A stretch of DNA of 64,000 nucleotides from Clostridia bacterium (lineage in GTDB: Bacteria; Bacillota; Clostridia; Oscillospirales; CAG-272): the NCBI GenBank assembly GCA_017399145.1, contig JAFQEG010000011.1, forward strand, positions 7,306 through 71,305, given 5' to 3'. Shown in pieces: positions 8,794-18,953 of the stretch. How positions within the stretch are numbered: the first letter of the stretch is position 1; each line of letters starts with the position of its first letter. The notes under the pieces were generated by a model. That model searched no databases. It worked only from the letters and a program-made list of their open reading frames with translations, and was not told the origin of the DNA. The translations under genes were made by a program, and so were the position numbers.

Positions 8794-10028
8794 TGTCCGT
8801 CGCCCTCCTCGTATAGCTTGTAGGTTTTTTCTAGGTCGTCGAAGAATTGCTTTTCAACTGCCTTGTTTTGGAAGCTTATGTCGGTTATACGTGTAATAAA
8901 GGTGCGAATCCAAGGAATGATTTCATGACTATCGTAAATGTAGGCGCAAAATCTTGCGTGATTTTCGTCAATCATTTCCACAATTCCACAACGCTTTTCA
9001 CGGAATAGTCTTCTATAAATATAGTCCTCGTCCTTATCAACAAATACAGTAAATTCCACACACTCGGTAGCCTCTATATTCTTTTTCATAGAAACACCCC
9101 AAATATGGTTGCGCATTTTTTGGAATTGGTCCAAAATTGCACCGAAAAATGGACACACCTCGCCTTGTGTAATACCCTTTATGTAGTCAACTCGCAAGGG
9201 GACCATCTTTTTTAGCATAAGGTCATAAGCCATTAGGTGCATACGTCCGTTTTGGGCACTGGAAAACACCTTGATTGGTACAACCTGCATTTGCTTTACT
9301 TCCTTGCCCTTGCTTTGAGTTTTAACTGTGATTTGTAGCTGTCTTCTTATTGAATCAAGGCACAAAAGTAAAATATCGCTATCAAGAGTCGAGGTGAGAT
9401 AGTGATGCTTAAAGGCAAAGGGGGTGCTTACCTTTTCGTCCCTTTCAAGAATGAAAAAGCCTAAGGCACCTAGGGGAGAAACCTCGGAGAAGAATGAAAT
9501 TGCGTCGTAAAGGTCCTCAAGGCTTGGATCGGTGGACCTTTTATATTTTACAATCTTGCCAGATTTTTCTGCTATAAGCAAGCCTTGATTTACATAATCC
9601 TTTAGCTTTTTTCTAAGAGTAGATTCGTCGAAAAGGTCGATTACACAAATTGTTGTGCTTTCAAGCTGTTTATTTATGCCCTCTAAAATTTCCTTGTGAG
9701 TTAGGGAAATGTCGGGGGAGTGTAGCAAATCAAGTATAAAAAAGTGAAGAATTATGTCGTTGTCTGTAAAGCTTTTAGACTTTAATGAGGCAAACAAGGG
9801 GTTTGATGCTATGTTACGGCTATCTATGGATAGATAAACGCTCTTGCCGTCAAGCGTGCGCGAGGCACTCATATAGTTGCTTAGGTAGCTTTCGATTCTG
9901 TGCTTTTCGTAGTCGTAGGACCTTGCACTTTTGCCTGTATATTCGTCTCTGTGCTTAAAGCCGTATATGTAAAATTCTCTCATATAATCACGAATTTTTT
10001 CGTAATTCTTAATAAGCTCAGATGCCAT
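8790..10028 (-). CDS. WYL domain transcriptional regulator with wHTH (first of pair)
   Basis: FDESTLRKKL HTH region, VVPIKVFSSAQNGRMHLMAY..LRVDYI WYL core, EIIPWIRTF; ATG at 10028 behind GGGGG RBS. Confidence 0.88.
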   Translation of the reverse strand: MASELIKNYEKIRDYMREFYIYGFKHRDEYTGKSARSYDYEKHRIESYLSNYMSASRTLDGKSVYLSIDSRNIASNPLFASLKSKSFTDNDIILHFFILDLLHSPDISLTHKEILEGINKQLESTTICVIDLFDESTLRKKLKDYVNQGLLIAEKSGKIVKYKRSTDPSLEDLYDAISFFSEVSPLGALGFFILERDEKVSTPFAFKHHYLTSTLDSDILLLCLDSIRRQLQITVKTQSKGKEVKQMQVVPIKVFSSAQNGRMHLMAYDLMLKKMVPLRVDYIKGITQGEVCPFFGAILDQFQKMRNHIWGVSMKKNIEATECVEFTVFVDKDEDYIYRRLFREKRCGIVEMIDENHARFCAYIYDSHEIIPWIRTFITRITDISFQNKAVEKQFFDDLEKTYKLYEEGDGQ

Positions 10029-10130
10029 TTTAATATCCCCCCTTCCTTGGTCTTTAAGTATATTATAAGTTATTTTGTCAATAAATTCAAGGCTTGGAAA
10101 AGGGAAATGCTTCAATATTCGACTTTTCTC

Positions 10131-10159
10131 TTGACAATATTACAAAACAAATGTATAAT
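10131..10159 (+). promoter_or_regulatory. Sigma-A promoter of mscL
   Basis: Perfect TTGACA-N17-TATAAT. Confidence 0.85.
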
Positions 10160-10193
10160 TTTTTATGTAAAAATAAATTTAAGGAGAAAAACA

Positions 10194-10808
10194 ATGAAAA
10201 AGTTTTTTGAAGAATTCAAAAAGTTTATAACCCGTGGCAATGTTGTTGACATGGCTGTTGGTGTTATCGTCGGCGGTGCCTTCACAGGTATTGTAAACGG
10301 ACTTAGCAACTACGTTTTAAAGCCAATTATTAACTGGATTTTGGCTTTGATGATTGGTAAGGACGGACTAAGTGGTGCTATTACTATGCTTTCACCAGGA
10401 TACGTTCTTGATGAAAATGGTGTAGCTACTGAGGTTATCGACCTTGCAAGCTCTATTTACATTGACTGGGGTTCATTCATTAGCGCTATTATTAACTTCT
10501 TTATCATCGCATTCGTTCTCTTCGCAATCGTTAAGGTTATTAACGGCTTAAGAGAGGGTGGCGAGGAAGCTAAGAAGGCTAAGGAGGCTAAGCGCGCACT
10601 TAAGGCTGAGTTGAAGGAAAACGGCATCAACAAAAAGGACAAGGAAGCGGTTAATGCATACCTTGCAAAGAAGGAAGAAGAGGCTAAGGCGCAAGCTGAG
10701 GTAGAGGCTAAAGAGGCTGAGGAAAAGGCACGTCTAGAAAGACTTGAAAACCCAACCACCGAGGACCTACTTAAGGACATTCGTGAGCTACTTAAGAGCA
10801 AAAACTAA
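10194..10808 (+). CDS. mscL: Large-conductance mechanosensitive channel with charged C-terminal insertion
   Basis: FFEEFKKFITRGNVVDMAVGVIVGGAF, GSFISAIINFFIIAFVLF, EDLLKDIRELL; AAGGAG RBS before ATG 10194. Confidence 0.93.
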   Translation: MKKFFEEFKKFITRGNVVDMAVGVIVGGAFTGIVNGLSNYVLKPIINWILALMIGKDGLSGAITMLSPGYVLDENGVATEVIDLASSIYIDWGSFISAIINFFIIAFVLFAIVKVINGLREGGEEAKKAKEAKRALKAELKENGINKKDKEAVNAYLAKKEEEAKAQAEVEAKEAEEKARLERLENPTTEDLLKDIRELLKSKN

Positions 10809-10820
10809 TTTATAGCTAAT

Positions 10821-10857
10821 AAAACAGACAAGCACAAGCGTGCTTGTCTGTTTTTTT
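10821..10857. terminator. Bidirectional intrinsic terminator
   Basis: AAAACAGACAAGCAC-AAGC-GTGCTTGTCTGTTTTTTT. Confidence 0.85.
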
Positions 10858-11524
10858 ATGGTGTAACGGGAACTATGCTCAACACAATTTTTTCAACCTC
10901 ACTCCATTTCATATTCGGTATGGTTTGAAGTGAAAAATAATATCCGTCCTGTGTCCAATAAGCAGAGATAATATTGTAATTTTTTGTATAAAGTATCTTA
11001 CAATCACCTATATAAGCGATTTCGTAGCCTGCATGCTCCGTATTTATTGTCGGTGTACCGTTGCCAATTATACTTTGAGTTATAACCATAGAATGACTAT
11101 TCCTTTTCCATACCGTTTGCACAACGGAGTTAAGCCTTGATTGCTTGAAAATTTCGTATCCGTTTTCCTCAAAATAAGAGGGTTGATACTCAATCTCTAT
11201 TTTATCAGGTAAAAGAGAGGGCTCGTCTACCTTAAAAAATACCGAAGAAAAGCTATCGTAAATCTCAACAAAAAAGTCAACAACCGGTGTGCGTATTGCA
11301 GAAATGCTCATTATTAAACAAAGCGTAACAAGTGCAGCCACAAGAATAAGGAAAAATCTCTTTGACTTAAAGAAAGACTTACTCTTTTCCGTATCATTTT
11401 TTATTCTTGCCCTAAAGTCCTCGTCTGCCTTTATAAAGGAATAGTCCAATGCATCAATTTCCTTAATTTCATTAAGGGTGCTTTCAAGCAAGCATTTCTT
11501 TAGTGTATCTGAATAAATACTCAT
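10856..11524 (-). CDS. Membrane-anchored putative anti-sigma factor (DUF4367-like)
   Basis: Single TM (FFLILVAALVTLCLIMSISA), YQPSYFEENGY, C-terminal W..DGYYFSL..EVEKIVLSI; 4-nt overlap with the ECF gene. Confidence 0.7.
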   Translation of the reverse strand: MSIYSDTLKKCLLESTLNEIKEIDALDYSFIKADEDFRARIKNDTEKSKSFFKSKRFFLILVAALVTLCLIMSISAIRTPVVDFFVEIYDSFSSVFFKVDEPSLLPDKIEIEYQPSYFEENGYEIFKQSRLNSVVQTVWKRNSHSMVITQSIIGNGTPTINTEHAGYEIAYIGDCKILYTKNYNIISAYWTQDGYYFSLQTIPNMKWSEVEKIVLSIVPVTP

Positions 11525-12063
11525 ATATCTAAATCCTTAAACCTTTTCTTTAATATTTTTTTGCCTCTTTTTATGCGTGTTTCAACGGTTTTGTGTGGAA
11601 TACACATTATTTTTGAAATTTCCTTGGCGGTCTTGTCGAAAACTAAGTGCAGGGTTAAAACGTCCTTGTATTTTGGCGACAAGCTATCAATAAATGAAAG
11701 TAGCGAGGAATGAATATCGTTTTCAATAACCTGGTTTTCCACGTTGTCCTCTGCTGATATATTAAAAAGTAGGTCAAGGCTAGCGGTCCTTTTCTTGCTT
11801 TTTGATTTGTTTAATTTTGTTGCCCTGTTTCGTATGCAAATAAATAGATAGGATTTCGTTTTGTCAAGGTCTTGGGTGGGAATTGAGCAATCATTTTTTA
11901 TTATTTCCATAAATACGTCGTGGACAACGTCCTGTGCATCAGACTCATTTTTTACGTAGTAATATGCGATTTTTAGCATCCAATCTAAATGCTTTTCATA
12001 TATTTCGCCAAAGATATCCCTTTGGTCGTTTGTTTCAATTAAAGATAAATAAAAAAGTAGCAT
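11521..12063 (-). CDS. ECF RNA polymerase sigma factor
   Basis: DAQDVVHDVF region 2, LSPKYKDVLTL..KEISKIMCIPHKTVETRIKRG region 4. Confidence 0.92.
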   Translation of the reverse strand: MLLFYLSLIETNDQRDIFGEIYEKHLDWMLKIAYYYVKNESDAQDVVHDVFMEIIKNDCSIPTQDLDKTKSYLFICIRNRATKLNKSKSKKRTASLDLLFNISAEDNVENQVIENDIHSSLLSFIDSLSPKYKDVLTLHLVFDKTAKEISKIMCIPHKTVETRIKRGKKILKKRFKDLDI

Positions 12064-12223
12064 TTTTTCGTCCCTTAAGTATTTTTCTTAATTATACAAC
12101 ACAATGCAAGATCCGTCAATATTATGCCAAAATATAAATTTTAAGAAAATTTTCAAAAAAGTGAAGGTTTTTGAAAAGAAAAAGACTTTTTAATTATAGA
12201 TAAGAAAAAAGAAAGGAGGTAAA

Positions 12224-12646
12224 ATGGGTATGAAGGCACGTAATAGAGTAATTTCCTTTGTAATGCTTTGTGTAATGCTGTTTGCTTTGACAATGCAAGT
12301 GTGTGCAGATGCAATTGTGCCACGCTATAACAATGCTGATACCACCAATGAGACCTTTGCAATCGACTCAAACGGTGTTGCGACAGTATGGTATACTTGT
12401 AACGGATATAGCAACAAAACCACTACTATCAAAGTAGAAACACAGCTTCAAAAGAAAACCTGGTGGTGGTATAACAATGTAGATGGTGCTTACTGGAAGG
12501 ACGTAATTGATTATTATTGTTGTGCTGGCGAGCATTCAATACAGCTACCCCAAAGTGGTACATACAAAGCAATTGTAACCTATACCGTATATGGTAGCGG
12601 TGGCGTAGCAGATGTAATTACCAAAGAGCTAGAAGCAAGCTATTAA
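12224..12646 (+). CDS. Small secreted protein (Ig-like)
   Basis: Signal peptide ending VCA, IVPRY motif, SGTYKAIVTYTVYGSGG; AAGGAGG RBS. Confidence 0.7.
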   Translation: MGMKARNRVISFVMLCVMLFALTMQVCADAIVPRYNNADTTNETFAIDSNGVATVWYTCNGYSNKTTTIKVETQLQKKTWWWYNNVDGAYWKDVIDYYCCAGEHSIQLPQSGTYKAIVTYTVYGSGGVADVITKELEASY

Positions 12647-12702
12647 ATTCATTCGCAAATTAATCTATAAACAAAATGGGCAAAAGCCCAAGGAGGAAAA
12701 AT

Positions 12703-13368
12703 ATGAAAGAAAAAACATCAATCTCGTTAAAGTTATTCGCTTTTTTAATGTCGTTTTTAATTCTCGTAGTTTCCTTACCGAGCTATGCCTTTGCTACTTT
12801 AATTCGTGAGAGTAGCAACGAGTCAGAGCAAAGCAATTCCGAAAAAGCCGAGGTAATCGTTTTAGAAGAGGAAAAAAGCCTGAGAGACGAAAATGTAAAA
12901 CACTTTAAGCTGTCAGATGGCTCCACTAAGGCAGTGGTATATTCGCAAGCCGTACATTATCTTGATGAAAATGGTGCTTGGATAGATATTGATAATGCCT
13001 TGACTCTTAATGGAAATGAATATACAACTAATAATAAAACAGAAATAAAGTTTGCAAACAAGTCAGGCTCAAACGGACTTGTTAGCATTAAGGACGGAGA
13101 TTACAAAATTGACTTTACTCCGTTAAATACAAATAAGGTGTCTGTGGTAATCGAAAATCCACAAAAAAATGATAGCAGAAAATTCGAGGACGTATCAGCC
13201 TTAAGCAACCTAATATCTAAGGCTATTTACTCAAACGTTTACGAGGGCATAGACCTTGAATACATACTCATAGGCAACAAAATAAAGGAAAATATAGTAG
13301 TAAATCAAAAAAGCGATAGCTATACATTTTCCTTTGAAATTAAACTAAATAAGCTAAGGCAGAGCTAG
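12703..13368 (+). CDS. N-terminal part (signal peptide + N-domain) of the Rhs/WapA-like toxin, split by a frameshift
   Basis: Signal peptide; SLRDENVKHFKLSDGS, WIDIDNAL, KIKENIVV motifs typical of WapA-like N-termini; reading continues in the -1 frame at about 13356. Confidence 0.75.
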   Translation: MKEKTSISLKLFAFLMSFLILVVSLPSYAFATLIRESSNESEQSNSEKAEVIVLEEEKSLRDENVKHFKLSDGSTKAVVYSQAVHYLDENGAWIDIDNALTLNGNEYTTNNKTEIKFANKSGSNGLVSIKDGDYKIDFTPLNTNKVSVVIENPQKNDSRKFEDVSALSNLISKAIYSNVYEGIDLEYILIGNKIKENIVVNQKSDSYTFSFEIKLNKLRQS

Positions 13369-13436
13369 AAAACAACTCAATAATTCTGTCTGATTACGAT
13401 ACAGGCGCAGAAATATATAAAATTCCTGCTCCATAT

Positions 13437-16400
13437 ATGCAGGATTCAAACGGTGAATATAGCAACGATGTTTCCTATACACTAACTCAAAATAGCAAGT
13501 GGAAGTATACTTTGACCGTTACAGCCAACACCGAATGGATAAACAACGAGGAAAGAGTATTCCCTGTAAGGATTGACCCAACTGTCCAATCGGGAACACC
13601 GGTAATTGATACCTACGTTAGCTTGGAAAATAACGCTAGCAATTTTGCCTCCGGTGCTCTGTTGCTAGGAAATGCCTTTGGATATCCAGATAGCCGTATA
13701 TTTGTTAAGGTTAATTCCTTGCCGACAATTCCTAGCGGTACAGCACTAATAGATGCAAAGCTATCTATGCAAGTAAATGTTTTAGGGTCATTCGATGTAG
13801 GAGTATTTAAGGCAACAGGAAACTGGACCACAGGAGTAACTCATTCCTCGGCTCCTAGCTACATAAATGCTAATTCACCGCTTGATATAGTAACAATATC
13901 TCAAAATGGCAGAACACTTTGGGATATAACAAAGCTATACAAGGAGTGGATGAATGGAGCTACTAACAATGGTGTGTGCTTAAAGGGAATAAATATTGAA
14001 GGTGCATCTTCAGCTATAGGAGCAATAGTTCAAGCTTGTGAATCAACCAACTACTATGTGCCAAACATAGAGGTAACATATGTAAGTATGACAGGATTAG
14101 AGGACTATTATAGCTATTATACAAGCTCGGCTGGAAGCGCAGGAATGGGTTATGTAAACGGATTTACAGGAAATTTATCCCTTGTACACCCTGTGACTAC
14201 AACTGCTGACGAAATAATGCCCTTTGGTCTTGGAATAACATACAATTCCAACTTAGGAACTTGGAAACTAAATATATACGAAAGTATTGAATACCAGGTT
14301 ATAAGTGGATATCAACACTTCAAATGGACAGACGCAGACGGCACAGAGCACTGGTTTGCACCGGTGCTAAAAAGAGATTCGTTGGGCTTATTTGCGCCAT
14401 ACCAATACAACGAAAATGGAGAATTGGAAGAGGTAAGCACACCAACCGAGTTTTACGACCAAGACGGACTTGGCTTGAAGCTTACCTATACCCAAGAGGG
14501 TGTATATACCATAAGTGACGAGAAGGGTAACAGTAAGGTTATTGCAAACGGACTTGTGGTTCAGATATCTGACCAGTTTGGAAATGTAAGAAAAATTGAA
14601 GAGCAGTCGGATGAAAGTATATTTGTTTCCCTGCTACCGAATGGAATGACTAGTCCAATAGTTCAGCTTGAAATAGAGCTAATAACAAATGGATATACGG
14701 TACTAAATAGACAAACACTAGAGAAAGTATACGTATATTATGCAAACGGTGTAATATCGACAATAGAGCACTATCAAAATACGCATAAGTATGCCTCTGC
14801 AACCTACACCTATTCTCAGGGCAAGCTAACAAAGGCTTACGATACAATATCAAATATAGGAATTGAGTACGCCTATACAAATGGTAAGGTTACGCAAGCA
14901 AGACCACTTGTTGAAAAGGAAAACGAAACAATTTACGGAAACGCCGTTGGAATATCATATACCAATTTAGCTTCGTTGTACAGAACAGCAGGCAAGGATA
15001 ATGTACTAAATAATAGTGACGATATCTTTACTAAATATGTATATGATAACAGAGGCAGAGTGGTAACAGCGTATAGCTATGACTTTAATGGCAACATATT
15101 GGGAGCCTCTAATTATGATTACACCGATATGTATGAGCAGGAGGATGTAGGTGCTAAGCAAAACAACAGACTTTCCTCCACAGCAACAACAGGTGCAAAT
15201 GCTATAAATCTGTTGCAAAATCTTGACCTTGAGGATTTATCTGCCTGGGTAAAAAATAACATTGCAAATATATGCACCTATTCTTACCCAGAGGATAAGT
15301 ATGGCTTTACAAACGGAATGGTACATAAGCTAACAACACCTTCCTTTGGAACATATACGCAAGGGGTAAACCTTTCTGCGGGAGTATATACCTTGTCCTT
15401 ATCTGTGTGCAAAAATCTTTTTGATACAGACCATTTTGCACTATGTGTATATGACGGAAGTAACAACATAGTAAAAATGACGGACAACCTATATTTAGGT
15501 GCAGCTAATAACGGAAAATGGTCAAGAGAATCTCTTACCTTTGAAATTACAACTGAAGGCACCTACCACGTTGGTGTAAATATGGGTGTAAATAGTAGCA
15601 GTAGCTACGTTTACATAGACAATGCAATGCTAGAGACAGGCGGTGGAGCAAGTCCCTTTAGCTTTTATGAGGATGGAAGCTTTACAACTGCTAATGTCAC
15701 TGCTTTTGGAACAAACGCAATAAAGGGAAACAATGCTGGAATGATGGGAAGTGCAGGAATTTCTCTCAACTCCAATCTTACAAATCAATCAAGATATAAA
15801 ACCACTCATTTTCTTGACCCAAATAAAGTGGTGCAAACTGTTGCATTTTCCACTTGGGCTAAGGCTACAAATGCAGTGGCAAGCTCTAACTTAAGCAATA
15901 GCCCATCTCGCTTTGGTATAGGAATAACAGTAACATTTCAAAAAAAGGGTAGCACAGAGTCTTCGTATAGTACGTACAAAACAGAAACAATATTCGTGCC
16001 CGCCGAGCCAAGTGCTACCGATTGGCAACACCTTTGCAAGGTAATAACAATAGCACAAGACCAACAGTATTATGAATATGCATATAAACAAATAAAGCTT
16101 GAGGTAAGCCTTGTTTATGATTACAACGTAGGCTCAGCATATTTTGATAATGCTTCTCTCACCTTTGACGGAACCCAGTCCAAGTATGACTATAACCAAA
16201 TGGGCTATATTACCTCGGTACAGGACCAAAACGGAAACGTAACACAATATAGTTATGCCTCTAACCAAGTAGACTTAACATGTGTTACTGACAGTCAAGG
16301 AAGAGTACAAGAGTATGCGTATGGAAGCAATCACGTTGTAAACGCTTCGGGATATTCAGGTAGCTCCTCTACTGATGAATTTTATCACAGAAATGCCTTT

Positions 16401-18953
16401 GGACAGATCGAATGGACAACCGAGGGTACAGATAGCATAAACGACACAATATCTACAACCAGTTATTATTCTGGTATTCTTGATTCAAGCGAGGCGTATT
16501 TCACTAAGCCCAGTGAAATAATGGATTACAATGCAAGGTCAACCTATTACACTTATGACGAATATGGCAGAGTTTTAGGCGTAGCTGATGAAACTCTTGC
16601 AAGCAACGGAGAGTATAATGCAATTAAGTATATATACAATTCCTATGGTGAGCTAATAGGTGCAGTACCTGCAACCTATGATAAGCAAGATAACGTGCTA
16701 ACAGAGGTAACAGGTGGTAAAAGAGTTGATTATGCTTATAACGATAAGCATATTTTATCTGAAATTATATCTCCCTCAACGGAATATAATATGGTGTATA
16801 ACGACTTTAACGCCATATACCAAATACTAATAGGCAATACTGCAATAGCAACCTATGAGTACGTTCAAAATAACGGAAATCTCAAAAAGACAACACTTGC
16901 AAACGGTGCGTATATTGAATATACCTACGACTCTGTTGACAGATTGGTGGGTGTGTGCTATAATGGAATTGAAGAGGCAAGATTTGTTTATTCCTCAAGT
17001 GGAAGCCTATCCTCAATAGTTGATGTAGATAATAGCACAACCTATTCCTACTATTATAGTGGTGCAGGTAAACTAATATCGGAAAGAATGTCAAAAGCAA
17101 ACGGACTAGTATCTCAAAGGAGTTATGAGTATGATGAGCACGACAGACTTTCTAAAAGATGTGTAATTTACTTTGATGCTGAGTACTCAAAAGAACAGAC
17201 AGAAGAGTATTATTACAACACGGACGGAAACGTTGAAAGAATTGTACGAGGCGAAAGAAACGAGTGTGGCTTGGAATATACCTATGATGGCTTGGGCAGA
17301 CTTAGCACACAAGTTAAAAAGGGAAGCGATTTCTTAACAACTCAGTATGAATACGCAAATCTCGATACTCACGTTAGCTCCATAATAACTAAGACGACTA
17401 CAAATGGAGAAAGTACCTCCTATGGCTACGATGATGTAGGAAATATAACGTCTATTACCTTGCCGACAGGTAAAAAAATAACCTATACCTATGATAATAC
17501 AAGCCAGCTTATAAGAGAGGATAACGAGCCACTTGGAGTAAGCTATAAGTATAATTATGACAGTGCAGGCAATCTTACCTCAGTTGAAGAATACGCATAT
17601 ACTGTAAAGAGTACAGCTTTAAGCGGAACTCCAACAAGTACTTATGCTTACACTTACGGCAATAGTAATTGGGGAGATTTGCTAACTAAATACAGAGGAG
17701 TGAGCAACACCTACGACCAATTAGGTAATCCACTTACCTATTACAACGGAACAAGCTATACCTTTACCTGGGACGAGGGAAGACAGCTTGCAAGTGCTAC
17801 ACTTAGTGGCTCAACCTTTACGTATAAGTATAATCAAGACGGAATCCGTGTAGAGAAAATAGCAAACGGAGTAAAGCATACCTATTACTTAAACGGCACT
17901 CAAATAGAAAGAGAAGTTCAGTCTGACACTACTACAGGCGAATTGATAAGAGACCTTCGCTATTACTACGATATAATGGGCATAGTGTCTCATATTGAAA
18001 TTTACGACAGTATAGGCACAAGAACTAAATACACTCTTGAAACTAACATTCAAGGCGACGTTGTAGCTATCTATACCGATGCACTCACAAAGGTTGCAAG
18101 CTATCGCTACGACGCTTGGGGCAAATGCACAGTATTGAATGCTAACGGAACAGAAAACACAAATGCAAGCTTTATCGGTAATATTAACCCATTCAGATAC
18201 AGAGGTTACTATTACGATACAGACACAGGCTTCTATTACCTCAATAGCAGATACTATGATCCACAGGTTAAGAGATTTATCAACGCAGACGATATTTATT
18301 ACTTAGGCGCAAATAATGATTTACAGTCATATAATCTTTATGCATATTGTTCTAACAATCCCGTGATATATGTTGATTATAGCGGACATAGTGGAGTGTT
18401 GGCTGCAGTAGCGTCTTTGGTGTCTAATCCAGCGGTATTGTTAGTAGCAGCTGTCGCCGTTATTGCTTTGTGTGTTATTGCAACTCAACCAAATAAAAAT
18501 ACTGGAATAATGGTAAATCCAAATCCTGATTTAAATTTTTCTCCTGGTACAGTGGATCCATTTCCTAATATTGATAACAATTATCTTGAATCGTATCCTA
18601 ATCAAACTGAAAATACGAGCAATGGTACGATAATTGATCCGATACCTGAAATTGAAAAATCTCCTGTAACAACAACAGAAGCAACAAAACATATACTAAA
18701 TGAATTGCATCTTCCAACGAGTGGAAGAATAAGGTTCATTCCACCCAAACATGGTCAATTGATAGGAAATAAAAAAATCGGTTTTTTAGATAAGTTTGGA
18801 AATAGATGGGTATGGGGTTCCTCAAGAACAAAAGGAGAGCCACATGAGTGGGATGTTCAATTATCTAAAACAGGAAGAGTTCAGTTGGGCTGGCTTTCAA
18901 GAGATGGAAGTCATATTAATGTATCATGGAAAGGACATATTACTCATAAATGA
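13437..18953 (+). CDS. Rhs/YD-repeat polymorphic toxin with DNRLRE-like N-region and Ntox17-like (predicted RNase) tip
   Basis: FPVRIDPT, many YxYD repeats, core NPFRYRGYYYDTDTGFYYLNSRYYDP..NNPVIYVDYSG; tip LPTSGRIRFIPP..DKFGNRW..SRTKG..EWDVQL..HINVS..ITHK. Confidence 0.9.
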   Translation: MQDSNGEYSNDVSYTLTQNSKWKYTLTVTANTEWINNEERVFPVRIDPTVQSGTPVIDTYVSLENNASNFASGALLLGNAFGYPDSRIFVKVNSLPTIPSGTALIDAKLSMQVNVLGSFDVGVFKATGNWTTGVTHSSAPSYINANSPLDIVTISQNGRTLWDITKLYKEWMNGATNNGVCLKGINIEGASSAIGAIVQACESTNYYVPNIEVTYVSMTGLEDYYSYYTSSAGSAGMGYVNGFTGNLSLVHPVTTTADEIMPFGLGITYNSNLGTWKLNIYESIEYQVISGYQHFKWTDADGTEHWFAPVLKRDSLGLFAPYQYNENGELEEVSTPTEFYDQDGLGLKLTYTQEGVYTISDEKGNSKVIANGLVVQISDQFGNVRKIEEQSDESIFVSLLPNGMTSPIVQLEIELITNGYTVLNRQTLEKVYVYYANGVISTIEHYQNTHKYASATYTYSQGKLTKAYDTISNIGIEYAYTNGKVTQARPLVEKENETIYGNAVGISYTNLASLYRTAGKDNVLNNSDDIFTKYVYDNRGRVVTAYSYDFNGNILGASNYDYTDMYEQEDVGAKQNNRLSSTATTGANAINLLQNLDLEDLSAWVKNNIANICTYSYPEDKYGFTNGMVHKLTTPSFGTYTQGVNLSAGVYTLSLSVCKNLFDTDHFALCVYDGSNNIVKMTDNLYLGAANNGKWSRESLTFEITTEGTYHVGVNMGVNSSSSYVYIDNAMLETGGGASPFSFYEDGSFTTANVTAFGTNAIKGNNAGMMGSAGISLNSNLTNQSRYKTTHFLDPNKVVQTVAFSTWAKATNAVASSNLSNSPSRFGIGITVTFQKKGSTESSYSTYKTETIFVPAEPSATDWQHLCKVITIAQDQQYYEYAYKQIKLEVSLVYDYNVGSAYFDNASLTFDGTQSKYDYNQMGYITSVQDQNGNVTQYSYASNQVDLTCVTDSQGRVQEYAYGSNHVVNASGYSGSSSTDEFYHRNAFGQIEWTTEGTDSINDTISTTSYYSGILDSSEAYFTKPSEIMDYNARSTYYTYDEYGRVLGVADETLASNGEYNAIKYIYNSYGELIGAVPATYDKQDNVLTEVTGGKRVDYAYNDKHILSEIISPSTEYNMVYNDFNAIYQILIGNTAIATYEYVQNNGNLKKTTLANGAYIEYTYDSVDRLVGVCYNGIEEARFVYSSSGSLSSIVDVDNSTTYSYYYSGAGKLISERMSKANGLVSQRSYEYDEHDRLSKRCVIYFDAEYSKEQTEEYYYNTDGNVERIVRGERNECGLEYTYDGLGRLSTQVKKGSDFLTTQYEYANLDTHVSSIITKTTTNGESTSYGYDDVGNITSITLPTGKKITYTYDNTSQLIREDNEPLGVSYKYNYDSAGNLTSVEEYAYTVKSTALSGTPTSTYAYTYGNSNWGDLLTKYRGVSNTYDQLGNPLTYYNGTSYTFTWDEGRQLASATLSGSTFTYKYNQDGIRVEKIANGVKHTYYLNGTQIEREVQSDTTTGELIRDLRYYYDIMGIVSHIEIYDSIGTRTKYTLETNIQGDVVAIYTDALTKVASYRYDAWGKCTVLNANGTENTNASFIGNINPFRYRGYYYDTDTGFYYLNSRYYDPQVKRFINADDIYYLGANNDLQSYNLYAYCSNNPVIYVDYSGHSGVLAAVASLVSNPAVLLVAAVAVIALCVIATQPNKNTGIMVNPNPDLNFSPGTVDPFPNIDNNYLESYPNQTENTSNGTIIDPIPEIEKSPVTTTEATKHILNELHLPTSGRIRFIPPKHGQLIGNKKIGFLDKFGNRWVWGSSRTKGEPHEWDVQLSKTGRVQLGWLSRDGSHINVSWKGHITHK

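Noticed and set aside
9900-10193. 98-aa N-terminal extension of MscL and 29-aa extension of the WYL ORF in the ORF track
   Set aside because: They overlap the opposite gene or the promoters; the good RBS and family homology begin at 10194 and 10028
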